Origin: an uncultured Bacillota bacterium
GTDB taxonomy: Bacteria; Sysuimicrobiota; Sysuimicrobiia; Sysuimicrobiales; Segetimicrobiaceae
Reading direction: 5' to 3'
DNA: 64,000 nt
NCBI GenBank assembly: GCA_963804645.1
Contig: CAWDRG010000010.1
Coordinates: 128,001 to 192,000 of the forward strand
The first letter of the stretch is position 1; every line of letters begins with the position of its first letter. The notes under the pieces are model-generated. The model saw only the letters and a list, made by a program, of their open reading frames with translations. It had not been told where the DNA came from and made no database searches. Both the position numbers and the translations under genes were made by a program. Positions 62,446 to 64,000 of the stretch are shown here, one piece after another.

Positions 62446-62738
62446 TCTCACTTCGCCGCGGGCAATACATTGTCTCTCGCATCATGTAGGCCGGACCATC
62501 ACGGAATTACACAATTAACGCTCATTCTTGCGTGGGTCGCGTGGCTGCAACTCGGTGCGTCGTCCGGTACGGCGCAGACGGACTCTGACCGGGCGAGTGC
62601 GGGTTTTGTCTTGCAACTCCGCGCTGCTTTTTTCACTCCTCGGACGCGTATCCTCTTCACACTCATTGACCAGGGGTGGACAGCAGCTGTTCACGGTGTG
62701 GACAAATGGTCCCAAACGGGTATGGTATAACCCTTGAC

Positions 62739-63290
62739 ATGCAGCGCACCTTCGCCACCCGGCTGTCGCGGGATGCCACGCGGGATCCCCTGCTGGAGGC
62801 GTACGCCGCGCTCTACGGGCGCGCGGAACGGACGCTTTTTGCCCGGTTACGCGCCGGCGGGCCGCTCGCCGCGACCAAGCGCGAGTTTCTCGGTCGCTTC
62901 GGCCTCACGGCCCGCCAGTTCAACGCCCTCGCGGCGAGTGTGCGCGGCAAGATCACGGCGATTCAAGCACGCCGGCCGCGGCTCATCACGACCCTCGAGC
63001 GCCGCCTCGAACGGGCGCGACAGGTCCTGGCGACGATGCCCGAGGGGACCAGCGCGTATCACCAGAAACAGCGGCGGCTTGGAGCCCTCCAGCAGCGCCT
63101 CACCGCGCTGAAGGAAGAAGAAGCCGTGGGGGCCGTGCGCCTCTGCTTTGGCTCCCGGCCGTTGTTCCGCCGGCAGTTCGCGCTGGCGGCGAATGGCTAC
63201 GTCTCGCACGACGCCTGGCGCCGCGCGTGGCGCGCGGCCCGCTCCAGCCAGTTTTTTGTGCTCGGCTCGAAGGACGAGACAGCCGGCTGC
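62739..63290 (+). pseudogene. tnpB: N-terminal part of an IS200/IS605 TnpB-related protein, truncated by an IS110 insertion
   Basis: KREFLGRFGLTARQFNA, LCFGSRPLF, FFVLGSKDETAGC; the frame runs into the IS110 end before any RuvC region. Confidence 0.7.
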
Positions 63291-64000
63291 CATATCTGAG
63301 AACGCTGCGCCCGTCAAGCCCCCCGTTCGAACGGGCGGACACCATTTTTTCTGCGCCTACCGGCATATTTGGGCACACGTCCCCCCGCGACGAGGCGGTC
63401 AAGGATCGCGAAGCGAGCCGAAGGCCTCGTCCTTGACGGCCGGGGGAGCGAGGGGTAAGGATTCCCGAACCGGTAGGCGCCGGGTCCCACGCACCGGCCG
63501 CGTTCGTGATCTTGATGCTTATGCTCTGCTGCTCACCTCACTCGTTGGTTCAGGTGCCCAAACACGCTCGAATCACCACGTCCATTTGCCTCGGTCTCGA
63601 TCGCGTCGATGAGTCATATCTTCGCCCTTGCGAGCTGCATGAGGGTGTCCCGAAGGCGTGTCGCAATCAGGGCTACGAGCCTCGTGGGCTCATGGCAACC
63701 GCGCGCTTACGCCTTCGTGGACGCGATGACCCTGCGCTTGGGCTCCTGGTATGTTTCCTCCTTTGTCAGAATCCAATATGTGGCCTCCGCCAAGTGCCGG
63801 GCTACGGCTCCGATGGCGGTCTTATGATTCTTGCGCTGACGTACGCGAGTATAGAGCTGACTGACATGACGTTGCGGCCAATCCACTCGATGCTGACCGA
63901 CCACTTCGGCTGCTTCCGTGTACGCCCATTTGAGATAGTGGTTGACATCAGGGCGCCGTCGGCCGATCCGGATCTTGTCCCCACTCGCGTGGACACGCGG
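63291..64000 (-). mobile_element. Second IS110-family element (3' part); transposase C-terminus 64000-63707
   Basis: VHASGDK...YLKWAYTEAA...AIGAVARHLAEATYWIL; right end TTGACG...CAGATATG resembles that of the 58493 element. Confidence 0.85.

Larger units (their letters stand above)
57442..62454 (-). mobile_element. IS3-family element (about 1430 bp reconstructed), interrupted by an IS110 and a group II intron
   Basis: Inverted ends GAAGTGAGACAAA...AATTGGGTGAGG at 57442-57475 and, split by the intron, 62454-62446 plus 60460-60436; orfA 60376-60091; DDE orfB. Confidence 0.85.

Noticed and set aside
62739..63299. Functional Cas12/TnpB nuclease
   Set aside because: Truncated before any RuvC motif by the IS110; no CRISPR array in the window

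Overview
High-GC bacterial window; lineage cannot be determined from sequence alone. 1-49 kb is mostly catabolic and transport genes: the 5' part of a large repetitive secreted protein, hydantoinase/oxoprolinase A+B with a peptide ABC transporter, CcdA/TlpA, a metallophosphoesterase, SDRs, an E1 alpha/beta pair, a Liv-type ABC transporter, creatininase, a BisC-like molybdoenzyme, two sugar ABC transporters, and a fucose/arabinose isomerase with ribulokinase. 49.7-64 kb is a mobile-element hotspot. Main observations: (1) three GEMM-I cyclic-dinucleotide riboswitches, all with A at the Vc2 G20 position (the c-AMP-GMP-type signature); two are predicted transcriptional ON switches ahead of two paralogous secreted Gly-rich proteins and one a translational OFF switch ahead of a CAP protein. 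(2) A CRP/FNR gene next to two paralogous 64-aa secreted peptides whose promoters share tandem CRP boxes at about -63.5 and -41.5/-42.5. (3) A two-gene putative mobile element whose large protein has a Rep_trans-like YEK...LRxE motif and a C-terminal winged helix. (4) An IS3-family element with an IS110 inserted at its orfA/orfB junction and a group II intron inserted in its terminal IR; the intron EBS1 and the IS110 bridge-RNA guides can be read from the sequence. Apparent indels in the first 5.5 kb may be sequencing errors.
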